Positions 1 to 8,860 of a DNA stretch of 32,435 nt are shown in pieces; position 1 is the first letter of the stretch, and each line of letters begins with the position of its first letter. The stretch lies in the NCBI GenBank assembly GCA_018991295.1, contig JAGKSZ010000047.1, positions 1-32,435 on the forward strand, read 5' to 3'. The position numbers and the translations under genes were made by a program. The DNA comes from Porphyrobacter sp. Lineage in GTDB: Bacteria; Pseudomonadota; Alphaproteobacteria; Sphingomonadales; Sphingomonadaceae. The notes under the pieces were generated by a model that saw only the letters and a program-made list of their open reading frames with translations, had not been told where the DNA came from and made no database searches.

Positions 1-178
1 GGATCGGCACCTTGCCGCTGGAAGGCTGGACTTCGCCCATGTCCTGCTTCAGCCGATCCCATTCCTCACCCATGATCGGCACGGTCAGTTCTTCAAAGTG
101 CAGGCCCGATTGCTTGACCGCCAGCCAGCCGCGCAGGGACCAGCTGGAATAGTTCTTGTTGCCGATAATCAGTTTCAT
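1..178 (-). CDS. Glutathione S-transferase family protein, N-terminal part (runs off window start)
   Basis: Manual translation from ATG at 178: MKLIIGNKNYSSWSLRGWLAVKQSGLHFEELTVPIMGEEW...PSSGKVP; the NYSSWSLR and GKVP motifs are typical of a bacterial GST N-terminal subfamily. Not in the ORF track. Confidence 0.88.
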   Translation of the reverse strand, partial: MKLIIGNKNYSSWSLRGWLAVKQSGLHFEELTVPIMGEEWDRLKQDMGEVQPSSGKVPI

Positions 179-458
179 GCCGCCGCGCGCTCCACCTTGC
201 CGCGATGTATCCGGCCCCCGCCCTAGTCGTTCATCAGGGCGCTGTCGACGCTGAACGAGGTGACACATGAGACACTGTCCAGACTTTCTTTTCAGGCCTG
301 CCTGGAAGGCATCAAGCATGACGGCGAATTCCTCCCGGCTGACTGGGCGCGCAGCAGCGCGGGCGGGCGGACGACGGTTCATCCCAGGAGGCTGGCAGAG
401 CACGTGGGTGTAGGAAAATCCTTTCCCCCCGGCCCGCGCCCGCGCTATTCGGGCAGAC

Positions 459-878
459 ATGACCATGCCCCCCTTCCACCTCGCCTTTCCTGTCGATGAT
501 CTGGCCGAAGCCCGCCGCTTTTATGGCGAGGTCATGGGCTGCGGCGAGGGGCGCTCTTCGGACGAATGGATCGATTTCGATTTCCACGGGCACCAGATCG
601 TTGCGCACCTTGCGCCGGGGCAGGCAGGCGACAGGGCCAGCAACCATGTCGATGGCCACGGCGTGCCCGTCCCCCATTTCGGGCTGGTGCTGAGCATGGA
701 CGATTGGGAGGCGCTGGCTGCCCGCCTGCGCAAGGGCGGGTGCGACTTCGTGATCGAGCCCACCATTCGCTTCAAGGGCCAGCCCGGCGAACAGGCGACG
801 ATGTTCCTGCGCGATCCATCGGGCAACGCGCTTGAGTTCAAGGCGTTTGCTGATCCGGCTAACCTGTTTGCCACCTGA
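459..878 (+). CDS. VOC/glyoxalase family protein (extradiol dioxygenase-related)
   Basis: [38 protein letters not shown] and [15 protein letters not shown] motifs; His/His/Glu metal ligands. Confidence 0.9.
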   Translation: MTMPPFHLAFPVDDLAEARRFYGEVMGCGEGRSSDEWIDFDFHGHQIVAHLAPGQAGDRASNHVDGHGVPVPHFGLVLSMDDWEALAARLRKGGCDFVIEPTIRFKGQPGEQATMFLRDPSGNALEFKAFADPANLFAT

Positions 879-915
879 GGCAGGGGCACAGCTGCAATTT
901 TCTCAGGAACTATCC

Positions 916-952
916 TTAACCATGCTGTTAAGGCTAACGAGTTGCTAACCAT
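916..952 (+). promoter_or_regulatory. Putative CtrA-type sites upstream of the DUF11 cluster
   Basis: TTAACCAT at 916-923 and CTAA-N7-CTAACCAT at 934-952 in an AT-rich gap; CtrA consensus is TTAA-N7-TTAA(C). Confidence 0.5.
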
Positions 953-973
953 TTCTGCGTAGTTGCTCGGAGC

Positions 974-1963
974 ATGAATACACATGCTCGTCTTTACGCC
1001 TCGTTTGCCACGATCCTTGTTCCTGCCATGCTGGCCGGCCATGCCGCGCCTGCGCTGGCCGGAGGGGTGACCGCTGGCACACTGATCGAGAACACCGCCG
1101 TTGCCAGCTTCGATGAAGCCGGAACGCAGCGGTCCATCAATTCGAACACCGTCACCGTGCGCGTCGATGAATTGCTCGATGTGACCGTGACCTCGCTCGA
1201 TCCCGGCCCGGTCAACGCCCGTGCAGGCGATGCCGTGCTGACCTTCGAAGTCACCAATCAGGGCAACGGGCCCGAAGCCTTCCGTCTCACGGCTGAAACC
1301 GCTGTGGCAGGCAATGATTTCGACGTGACGCTTCGCGCCATGGCCATCGATAGCAACGGCAACGGCACCTATGATGAAGGCGTCGACCAGATCCTTGCCA
1401 GCCCGCAAACAACCCCGGTGCTGGCGCCCGATGCGCGTCTTACCGTGTTTGCGCTGGTCACCGTGCCGCAAGGCGTGGCCGATGGCGATACCAGCAATGT
1501 CCAGCTGACCGCTGCCGCTGCTACCGGCAATGGTGCGCCCGGCACCACCTTTGCCGGTCAGGGCGTGGATGGCGGCGATGCGGTGGTCGGCACGACCGGC
1601 GCGCTGGCTTCGGCACGCGGCAGCCTGATCGGCGCGGTTGCAGGCGTTGCTCTCGTCAAGTCTGTTACCCTGCGCGATCCCTTCGGCGGCACCAGCGCCG
1701 TGCCCGGGGCCACCGCAAGCTTCCGCATCGAAGCCCGCGTCAGCGGCACCGGCGCGATCAGCAACCTTGCCGTCACCGACGCGATCCCGTCCGGCACGAC
1801 CTATGTCGCAGGCTCGCTGGCGCTGGACAGCACGACACTCACCGATGCCGCCGATGCCGATGCCGGGACTGCCTCGCAGGCCGCAGGCGTCGCTGTGACG
1901 CTCGGCTCGGTCGCGGCCGGGACCACCCGGACCGTGACCTTCGACGTGACCATCGACCGCTAA
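974..1963 (+). CDS. Secreted split-DUF11 protein (donor hairpin + Ig-like domain + acceptor domain); putative minor pilin/adaptor
   Basis: Sec signal ending ALA|G; N-terminal AGTLIENTAVASF...SNTVTVRV; DSNGNGTYD loop; C-terminal LVKS..VPGATASF..VTDAIPSGTTYVAGSL..VTFDVTIDR-stop. Confidence 0.8.
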   Translation: MNTHARLYASFATILVPAMLAGHAAPALAGGVTAGTLIENTAVASFDEAGTQRSINSNTVTVRVDELLDVTVTSLDPGPVNARAGDAVLTFEVTNQGNGPEAFRLTAETAVAGNDFDVTLRAMAIDSNGNGTYDEGVDQILASPQTTPVLAPDARLTVFALVTVPQGVADGDTSNVQLTAAAATGNGAPGTTFAGQGVDGGDAVVGTTGALASARGSLIGAVAGVALVKSVTLRDPFGGTSAVPGATASFRIEARVSGTGAISNLAVTDAIPSGTTYVAGSLALDSTTLTDAADADAGTASQAAGVAVTLGSVAAGTTRTVTFDVTIDR

Positions 1964-2011
1964 GCAACCGCCACGATCTCCACCATCAACCGAACTTCCA
2001 AGGGCCGCACC

Positions 2012-2503
2012 ATGAAGACCATCTCCAAGCTCGCTCTCGCCTGCGCTGCCATCGCCAGCCTTGCCCTGCCCGTGCTTCCGGCCGCTGCGCAGGGCGCGCC
2101 CGGGCCGATCACGCTCAATGGCGATGTGAAGGCGGTCAAGACCGTCACCGATGCCGATGGCAAGGAGCGCACCGAACTGGTCGATCCGACCACCATCATC
2201 CCCGGCGATCGCCTGCTGTTCGGCACGGATTATGCCAACACCGGCACCGAGGCCGTGACCAATTTCGTCGTCACCAACCCGCTGCCCGGCGCTGTCCGGC
2301 TGGCGCCCGATGCCGATCCGGCGCTGGAGGTATCGGTTGACGGCGGCAAGACCTGGGGGCTGCTCAGCGCCCTCACCCTCACCAATTCCGACGGGACCCC
2401 GCGTCCCGCCACCCATGCGGATGTGACCCACGTCCGCTGGGTGCTGGCGAGCATCGCGCCCGGCGACAAGGGCAGGCTCACCTATCCAGCCATCATCCGC
2501 TGA
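2012..2503 (+). CDS. Small secreted DUF11-like single-domain protein; putative chaperone/cap
   Basis: Signal peptide ending AAA|Q; IIPGDRLLFGTDYANTG..VVTNPLP..HVRWVLASIAPGDKGRLTYPAIIR-stop. Confidence 0.75.
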   Translation: MKTISKLALACAAIASLALPVLPAAAQGAPGPITLNGDVKAVKTVTDADGKERTELVDPTTIIPGDRLLFGTDYANTGTEAVTNFVVTNPLPGAVRLAPDADPALEVSVDGGKTWGLLSALTLTNSDGTPRPATHADVTHVRWVLASIAPGDKGRLTYPAIIR

Positions 2504-2574
2504 AACGCGGGCGATAACCGCCAAGCCTCGCGGGCGGGACCATTGACGCGGGGCAGACACTCGGGACCAAAACC

Positions 2575-3627
2575 ATGAAGACCACCAAGCAGCTGCTGGG
2601 TGCGGTGAGCGCGATTGCGCTCGTCGCGATGTCCAGCACCCCTGCTCTGGCCGCAGGGACCAGCGCAGGTACGACCATCACCAACACCGTCACCGTCAAC
2701 TACAATGTCGGCGGCGTGGCACAGAACACCCAGAGCGCAACCGACGAATTCACCGTCGACCAGCGCGTCAACGTGACTGTGACGGCCATCACCACGCCTG
2801 TTTCGGTATCGCCGAACCAGACCAACCGCGTGCTCGCCTTCGATGTGGCCAACCTTTCGAACAGCACCGTCGACTTCGCGCTGACCACCGCGCTGGCGGG
2901 CGGCAATGCTTCGAACATCAGCAACATCCGCATCTATCGCGATCTCGATGGTGACCGGGAGCTGGATTCCAACGAACTGACCGCCGGCCCGATCACCTAC
3001 CTCGATGAAGTCGCGGAAGATGAAACTGTCGCGGTGCTGGTCGTCTCCGACATCAGCATCAACGCGGTGAACGGCAACACCTTCGACGTGAACCTGACCG
3101 CCGCCTCGCACGCTGCGGGCACCGCCGGTTCGCTTGGCGCAGTGCTTGCGGGCACCGCTGGCGGCGACACCGCCGGCATCGACACCGTGCTGTTCGACGG
3201 CGCGGGCATTGCCGATAGCGCCAATGATGGCCGCTTCTCGGCGCAGGGCCGCTACACCGTGGCAGGCGCGGTTCTGACCGTCGCCAAGTCGAGCCGCGTG
3301 GTCAGCGATCCGGTCAACCTCACCAACAACCCGAAGGCCATCCCCGGCGCGACGGTCGAATATTGCATCACCGTGGCAAACGCCGCCGGTGCTGCCACCG
3401 CGACCGACGTCAACCTGGTCGACGATCTGCCCGATGATGTGACCTTCGCGTCCGCCTTCGGCATCTTCGTCAATGGCGATGCGACCTGCTCGGCCAATAG
3501 CGGCACCACGGGCGGCAATTTTGCTGCCGGCGCCGGCGCTGGCGGGCGTGACCGCGTCAGCGGCGCGCTGAGCGATGTGGCAGCGGGCCAGACGCGCTCG
3601 CTCTACTTCCAGGTCGTGATCAACTAA
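2575..3627 (+). CDS. Secreted split-DUF11 protein; putative major pilin
   Basis: Signal ending ALA|A; AGTTITNTVTVNY donor; YRDLDGDRELD loop; LTVAKS..AIPGATVEYCITVAN..LVDDLP..LYFQVVIN-stop; Cys264/Cys305 pair. Confidence 0.8.
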   Translation: MKTTKQLLGAVSAIALVAMSSTPALAAGTSAGTTITNTVTVNYNVGGVAQNTQSATDEFTVDQRVNVTVTAITTPVSVSPNQTNRVLAFDVANLSNSTVDFALTTALAGGNASNISNIRIYRDLDGDRELDSNELTAGPITYLDEVAEDETVAVLVVSDISINAVNGNTFDVNLTAASHAAGTAGSLGAVLAGTAGGDTAGIDTVLFDGAGIADSANDGRFSAQGRYTVAGAVLTVAKSSRVVSDPVNLTNNPKAIPGATVEYCITVANAAGAATATDVNLVDDLPDDVTFASAFGIFVNGDATCSANSGTTGGNFAAGAGAGGRDRVSGALSDVAAGQTRSLYFQVVIN

Positions 3628-3647
3628 GCCTGATCCGGACTTAGGTC

Positions 3648-6600
3648 TTGCGTGTTTTCCCCTCCTTGCGCCGTCTGAAAGCGGCACTGGTGCTTGCGCT
3701 CGTGCCCTTCGGGCTGGCGCAGGGAGGGGTTCACGCCCAATCAACTGGCAATGCGACCGTCCGCACCGTCACCAACATCGCCGAGGCGAGTTGGGACGAG
3801 GACGGCGCACGCCAGCGGATTTCCAGCAATATCGTTCGTTTTGATGTGACCGCGCAAGCCGCGCCTGCCCCCACCATCCGGGTCTATCGCCGGGTTGCGG
3901 GCTCTGCGCCGGGCGCCGAGCTCGTCTACCGCGCTCCGCAATGCAATGCCCTTGCAGCTCCCGCACAGCAGCTGCGCGCCAATGCCACCGCGAGCACCAC
4001 CCCGAGCGGGCCAGCCATCAGCACCGCCCGCACCGCCACCGTCGAGCCGACCGACAAGCTGCGCGGCGGTGAACCGCTGTTCTTCGAAATCACCGCTGCC
4101 AGCGCCAACCGCGATCCCAACGCGATCGATATCCTCACCGTGGTGCTCACCACCATGGAGGGCGACCGCGAGACCATGACGGTCTTCGAAACCGAGGCCA
4201 ACAGCGGCGTGTTTGCCGGCGTTGTCGATACGCTGCGCATCCCCCCGGCGCTGGTGCAGGAAGACTGCCGCCTCAGCGTTGGCGCCGACAGCCGCATCAC
4301 GGTTGCCGCGATGCGCCCCGGTTCCGATGCGATGCTCATTTCTGCCGATGTCAGCGTGCTGGTCGATCCCTTCGGCGTGGTCTTCGACAGCGAAACCGGC
4401 GCGCCCGTGAATGGCGCGCGCGTCAGCCTGGTCAATGCCGATACCGGGGCGCCTGCCACGGTGTTCGCGCCTGACGGCATCACCGCCTGGCCTTCCAGCG
4501 TGATCAGCGGCCAGACGATCACCGATGGCGCGGGCCGCGCCTTCGCGATGGGTGCTGGCGAATTCTGGTTCCCGCTGACCACCCAAGGCCGCTTCCGCCT
4601 GACGGTCGAGCCGCCCGCCCCTTACACCGCGCCATCTGCTGCCCCGCGCGAGGCGCTGGCCCGGGTGACACGCCCGAACGGCCAGCCTTACGTCATCCGC
4701 GAAGGTTCCTTCGGGGATATCTTCGTGCTCGACAATCCGACGCCCTTCGAAGTCGATCTGCCGGTTGATCGTCCGGCGGCGGACCTCGGCCTTGTCAAAA
4801 CCGCATCGCGCACCCGCGTGCAGCCGGGCGATGTGGTGTTCTACACCCTCACCATCACCAACACCGATGCCGCGCGCGTGCGCCGGAGCGTGACGATCAC
4901 CGACACGCCCTCGCGCTGGCTGCGGCTGCGCCCCGATAGCGTGCGCATCAACGGCGCTGCGGCTCCGCAGGCCGTGGCCATCGCGCCCGATGGCCGCACC
5001 CTGACCGTCAATCTGGGCGATCTGGCCGCAGGAACCGCCGCGCGCGTGACCTATGCCATGACCGTGCGCCCCGATGCTCCACCGGGCCGTGCGGTCAATG
5101 CCGCGCTGGCCCGCGATGCGCTGGGCCGCGAAGTGCGCGCCGATGCCGCCATCGACATCGCGCGTGACGGGATCGCCGACCGCATGACCATCATCGGCCG
5201 CATCACCGCAGGCCGCTGCACCCTGCCCGATGCCGAGCGCCGCGGCATTCCCGGTGTGCGCGTGATGCTGGAAGACGGCAGCTTTGCCATCACCGATGCC
5301 GATGGCCGCTATCACTTCGAAGGCGTGGTGCCGGGCACCCACGTGGTGCAGGTCGCGCCGATGACCCTGCCCGAAGGCGGCCGCTTCGTCGATTGCACGC
5401 GTTCCACCCGCAGCGCCGGCAGCGCGATCTCGCGCTTTGCCACAGGGCAAGGCGGGAGCCTGGTGGTGGCCGATTTCCACGCCGAACTGCCGCAGGGCGC
5501 GCTTGTGCCGGCACCTGCTGCTGTGGCCGAAGCCCCCGCTGATGCAGCCGCAACCAAGACAGCTGCGTCTGCCGCCACGGATTACATGGCGCTGGGCGAT
5601 GGCGAGGACGGTTTCCTCGCCCCCGCCCCCGATGCCAACCCCCGCGCGCCCGCCATCAAGGTCGCCGTGCGTCACCGCCGCGGCCAGACCGTGGTGCTGC
5701 TGGTTGATGGCAAGCCGGTCGAGCCGCTCGCCTTTGAAGGCACGCAGACCGCGGAAAAGGGCAAGTGGGCCGTCAGCCAGTGGCGCGGCGTGCCGCTGCT
5801 GACCGACAAGACCGTGCTCGAAGCACGCATCGTCAATTCCTTTGGCGAGGTTTCCAAGACCTTCACCCGCGAAGTGTTCTTCACCCGCGCACCGGCGAAG
5901 GTGGAATTCCTGCGCGATTCCTCGAACCTCATTGCCGATGGCCGCACCCGCCCGGTGGTGGCCATCCGCGTCCTTGATCGTAACAATCGCCCCTTGCGCG
6001 AAGGCATTTCGGGCAGCTTCACGCTGAACGCGCCCTATCAGAGCGCCGAGCAGATCGACCGGCAGCAACTGAACCAGCTCACCGGCACCACCCCGATGGC
6101 GGCGCGCTGGGTGGTCGAAGGCACCGAAGGCATTGCGAAGATCGAACTGGCCCCCACCATGGTCAGCGGGTCGCTGCGGCTTGGATTTACCTTTGACGAT
6201 GGCGAAATCACCCGCCGTCAGGAACTTGAAGGCTGGATCGAGCCGGGCGAAGTCGAATGGACGGTGATCGCCCTTGCCGAAGGCACCGTGGGCGCGCGTT
6301 CGGTGGCGGACAACATGGAACGGGCTGGCCGGTTCGACAGCGATCTTGGGGAAGATGCGCGCATCGCGCTTTATGCCAAGGGCCGGGTGCTGGGGAAGTA
6401 TCTGCTCACCCTCGCCTATGACAGCGCCAAGCAGCGCGATGACCAGCGCGTGCTCGGCGCGATCGATCCCAATGCCTATTACACCGTGTTCGGTGATGGC
6501 TCGGCCCGCCAGTTCGATGCCGCCAGCCGCGAAAAGCTGTATGTGCGCATCGAAACCGCCAGCTTCTATGCACTTTACGGCGATTTCCAGACCGCCTTCA

Positions 6601-8792
6601 ACCAGACGCGCCTTGCCGCATACAATCGCACCGCCACCGGGGTGATGGGGGAAGCGCGGCTTGGCGGGATCAAGGCACAGGGCTTTGCCGCGCAGATTTC
6701 AAGCCGCTTCCGGCGTCAGGAAATCCAGGGTCAGGGCATCACCGGCCCCTACAGCCTGTCGAGCCGCCGTATCCTTGCCAACTCGGAACGCGTGACGCTG
6801 GAAGTGCGCGACCGGTTCCGCCCTGAACAGATCGTCTCGGCCCGCACGCTGACGCGCTTTACCGATTACGAGCTTGATCTGCTGGCCGGCACGATCCGCT
6901 TCAAGGCCCCTGTCCTCAGCCGCGATGAAAACCTCAACCCGCAGTTCATCGTGATCGAATTCGAAAGCGATGGCGCGGGCGAGGCCGAATGGAACGCCGG
7001 CGCGCGGGCTGACTGGACGAGCGAGGATGGCCGTATCCGTATCGGTGCCAGCGCGCTCAGCGATGCAGGCCTCGAAGGCGCACGCGGCACCGCGCAGCGC
7101 ACCGATATCGGCGCACTCGATCTGCTTGCCCGCGTCGGCGAGAACACCGAAGTGCGCGCCGAAATCGCCATGAGCCAGCGCCAGGGCGACCGTGCGCAGG
7201 GCTGGCTTGCCGAAGTGCAGCACCAGACCGGCGATGTCGATCTGATCGCCTATGCCCGCCAGATCGATGCCGATTACGGGATCGGCCAGCAGAACGCGGT
7301 CGAGCGGGGCCGCCGCAAGGTCGGCGTGGACGGGCGCGTGCTGATCACCGAAGAACTCAGCTTCACCGGCAGCGTGTGGCAGGACGAAAGCCTGATCGAT
7401 GCCGCCCGCCGCCGCGCTGCGCAGGGGCAGCTCGCGCTGACCCGTCAGAGCACCAACCTGCGCCTTGGGCTGGTCCACTTCAATGATCGCCTTGCCGATG
7501 GCAGCAACGCGGCCTCGACCGTGCTGGAAGCAGGCGCGACCCAGCGGTTGTTCGATAACAAGCTGGAGCTTTCCGCAGGCACCGCCGTGGCGCTGGACAA
7601 GGCGGAAAGCCTTGATCTGCCGGCCCGCCACCGCTTGGGCGCGCGTTATGCGATCACACAGGATGTGCGGCTGGTGGGCACCTATGAAATCGCCAAGGGT
7701 GACCGGATCAATGCGCGCAGCCTGCGCGGCGGGATCGAAGTTGCGCCCTGGCAGGGCGGACAGGTGACCACGACGCTGGGGCAGGAAAGCATCGGTGAAA
7801 ATGGTACCCGCAGCTTCGCCGCCTTCGGCCTGTCGCAGACCCTGCAGGTGAGCCCCACCCTCACCCTCGACGCGACGCTCGACGGCAACCGCACGCTCGG
7901 CGGCACGCCTGCCACAGGCGATCTCGTCAATCCGGCCCAGCCGCCAGCCAGCGGCGGCCAGATCACCGGCGGACTGCTGTTCGAAGATTTCACCGCCGCC
8001 ACCTTTGGTGCTGCCTGGCGCAAGGACCGCTGGAGCATCACTGCCCGCGGCGAAGTGCGCGATGGCGAGACGGCTGACCGCAAGGGCGCGCTGCTCGGCG
8101 CGATCCGCCAGCTGGGCGAAGGCAGCCTGGTCGGTTCGGGCGTGACCTGGACCCAGGCCGAAGCGATCGGCGGGGCCAAGGCGGAGATCCTCGATGCCTC
8201 GATCGCCTTTTCGCACCGTCCTGCGCATTCACCTCTCGCGATGCTGGGACGGGTCGAATATCGCAGCGACCGCATCACCGGCGGGGTGGCAGGGGAGATC
8301 GGCGGCGCTGGCGGGGCAGGCCGCACCGCGCTGACGGTGGATGGCAACGCCACCTCGCGGCGGCTCGTCGGCAGCCTTTCGGCCAACCTCAGCCCGCGCG
8401 GGCACGATGATGCTGGCGCAGAAACCCGCCGCGACGAATTCGTCCTGTTCGTGGGTGCGCGCCACAACCTCGATCAGTTCGAAGGCAGCGAGTTCACCGG
8501 CACCGCCGTGCTGGTCGGCGGCGATGCCCGCATCGGCATTGGCGAGCGGATCGAGATCGGTGCCAGCACCACGGTGCGCAGCAGCCTCGAAGATGAAGTG
8601 ACCAGCTTTGCCTATGGCCCGACGCTTGGAATCGTGCCGGTCAAGGGGATGCTGCTTACGGTTGGCTACAATATCGAAGGCTTCCGCGACGGCGATTTCG
8701 GCCCGGCGCGCAACACCCAGAAGGGCGCCTTTGCGGCAGTGCGGATGAAGTTCGATGCCTCAAGCCTCGGCTTCCTCGGGCTGGGCCGCTGA
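3648..8792 (+). CDS. Large outer-membrane protein: N-terminal donor hairpin, Ig/carboxypeptidase-regulatory-like domains, complete DUF11, SdrD-B-like domain, C-terminal beta-barrel; putative pilus anchor/usher
   Basis: TTG start, signal ending VHA|Q; FGVVFDSETGAPVNGARVSL; LGLVKTAS..VQPGDVVFYTLTITN..ITDTP..GRAVNAA; GIPGVRVMLEDG..TDADGRYHF; from about residue 870 many amphipathic beta-strands ending GAFAAVRMKF. Confidence 0.8.
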   Translation: MRVFPSLRRLKAALVLALVPFGLAQGGVHAQSTGNATVRTVTNIAEASWDEDGARQRISSNIVRFDVTAQAAPAPTIRVYRRVAGSAPGAELVYRAPQCNALAAPAQQLRANATASTTPSGPAISTARTATVEPTDKLRGGEPLFFEITAASANRDPNAIDILTVVLTTMEGDRETMTVFETEANSGVFAGVVDTLRIPPALVQEDCRLSVGADSRITVAAMRPGSDAMLISADVSVLVDPFGVVFDSETGAPVNGARVSLVNADTGAPATVFAPDGITAWPSSVISGQTITDGAGRAFAMGAGEFWFPLTTQGRFRLTVEPPAPYTAPSAAPREALARVTRPNGQPYVIREGSFGDIFVLDNPTPFEVDLPVDRPAADLGLVKTASRTRVQPGDVVFYTLTITNTDAARVRRSVTITDTPSRWLRLRPDSVRINGAAAPQAVAIAPDGRTLTVNLGDLAAGTAARVTYAMTVRPDAPPGRAVNAALARDALGREVRADAAIDIARDGIADRMTIIGRITAGRCTLPDAERRGIPGVRVMLEDGSFAITDADGRYHFEGVVPGTHVVQVAPMTLPEGGRFVDCTRSTRSAGSAISRFATGQGGSLVVADFHAELPQGALVPAPAAVAEAPADAAATKTAASAATDYMALGDGEDGFLAPAPDANPRAPAIKVAVRHRRGQTVVLLVDGKPVEPLAFEGTQTAEKGKWAVSQWRGVPLLTDKTVLEARIVNSFGEVSKTFTREVFFTRAPAKVEFLRDSSNLIADGRTRPVVAIRVLDRNNRPLREGISGSFTLNAPYQSAEQIDRQQLNQLTGTTPMAARWVVEGTEGIAKIELAPTMVSGSLRLGFTFDDGEITRRQELEGWIEPGEVEWTVIALAEGTVGARSVADNMERAGRFDSDLGEDARIALYAKGRVLGKYLLTLAYDSAKQRDDQRVLGAIDPNAYYTVFGDGSARQFDAASREKLYVRIETASFYALYGDFQTAFNQTRLAAYNRTATGVMGEARLGGIKAQGFAAQISSRFRRQEIQGQGITGPYSLSSRRILANSERVTLEVRDRFRPEQIVSARTLTRFTDYELDLLAGTIRFKAPVLSRDENLNPQFIVIEFESDGAGEAEWNAGARADWTSEDGRIRIGASALSDAGLEGARGTAQRTDIGALDLLARVGENTEVRAEIAMSQRQGDRAQGWLAEVQHQTGDVDLIAYARQIDADYGIGQQNAVERGRRKVGVDGRVLITEELSFTGSVWQDESLIDAARRRAAQGQLALTRQSTNLRLGLVHFNDRLADGSNAASTVLEAGATQRLFDNKLELSAGTAVALDKAESLDLPARHRLGARYAITQDVRLVGTYEIAKGDRINARSLRGGIEVAPWQGGQVTTTLGQESIGENGTRSFAAFGLSQTLQVSPTLTLDATLDGNRTLGGTPATGDLVNPAQPPASGGQITGGLLFEDFTAATFGAAWRKDRWSITARGEVRDGETADRKGALLGAIRQLGEGSLVGSGVTWTQAEAIGGAKAEILDASIAFSHRPAHSPLAMLGRVEYRSDRITGGVAGEIGGAGGAGRTALTVDGNATSRRLVGSLSANLSPRGHDDAGAETRRDEFVLFVGARHNLDQFEGSEFTGTAVLVGGDARIGIGERIEIGASTTVRSSLEDEVTSFAYGPTLGIVPVKGMLLTVGYNIEGFRDGDFGPARNTQKGAFAAVRMKFDASSLGFLGLGR

Positions 8793-8821
8793 ACATGATT
8801 GCGCACGGCGACAGGCGGTTT

Positions 8822-8841
8822 GCTAACCGTGTGTTTACCAT
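8822..8841 (+). promoter_or_regulatory. Second CtrA-like box, upstream of the adhesin gene
   Basis: GCTAACCGTGTGTTTACCAT (CTAA-N7-TTTAC) aligns with GCTAACGAGTTGCTAACCAT at 933-952; both lie about 20 nt before an ATG. Confidence 0.45.
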
Positions 8842-8860
8842 GATTTCCTATCCGATAGGG

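Noticed and set aside
260-499. 79-aa ORF between the GST and VOC genes
   Set aside because: Overlaps the VOC gene out of frame and has no recognisable motif; probably the divergent promoter region
2012-2044. LALAC as a lipobox in the 163-aa protein
   Set aside because: Cys11 comes too early, the hydrophobic stretch continues past it, and a clear AAA|Q SPase I site follows
2535-2569. Direct repeat CGGGACCA x2 and TTGACG upstream of the putative major pilin
   Set aside because: Too short in GC-rich DNA to support a regulatory call; no convincing -10 element
521-8467. Long minus-strand ORFs (521-2560, 2482-3744, 3741-6068, 6699-8228, 7682-8467)
   Set aside because: Antisense shadows of GC-biased real genes; no recognisable motifs
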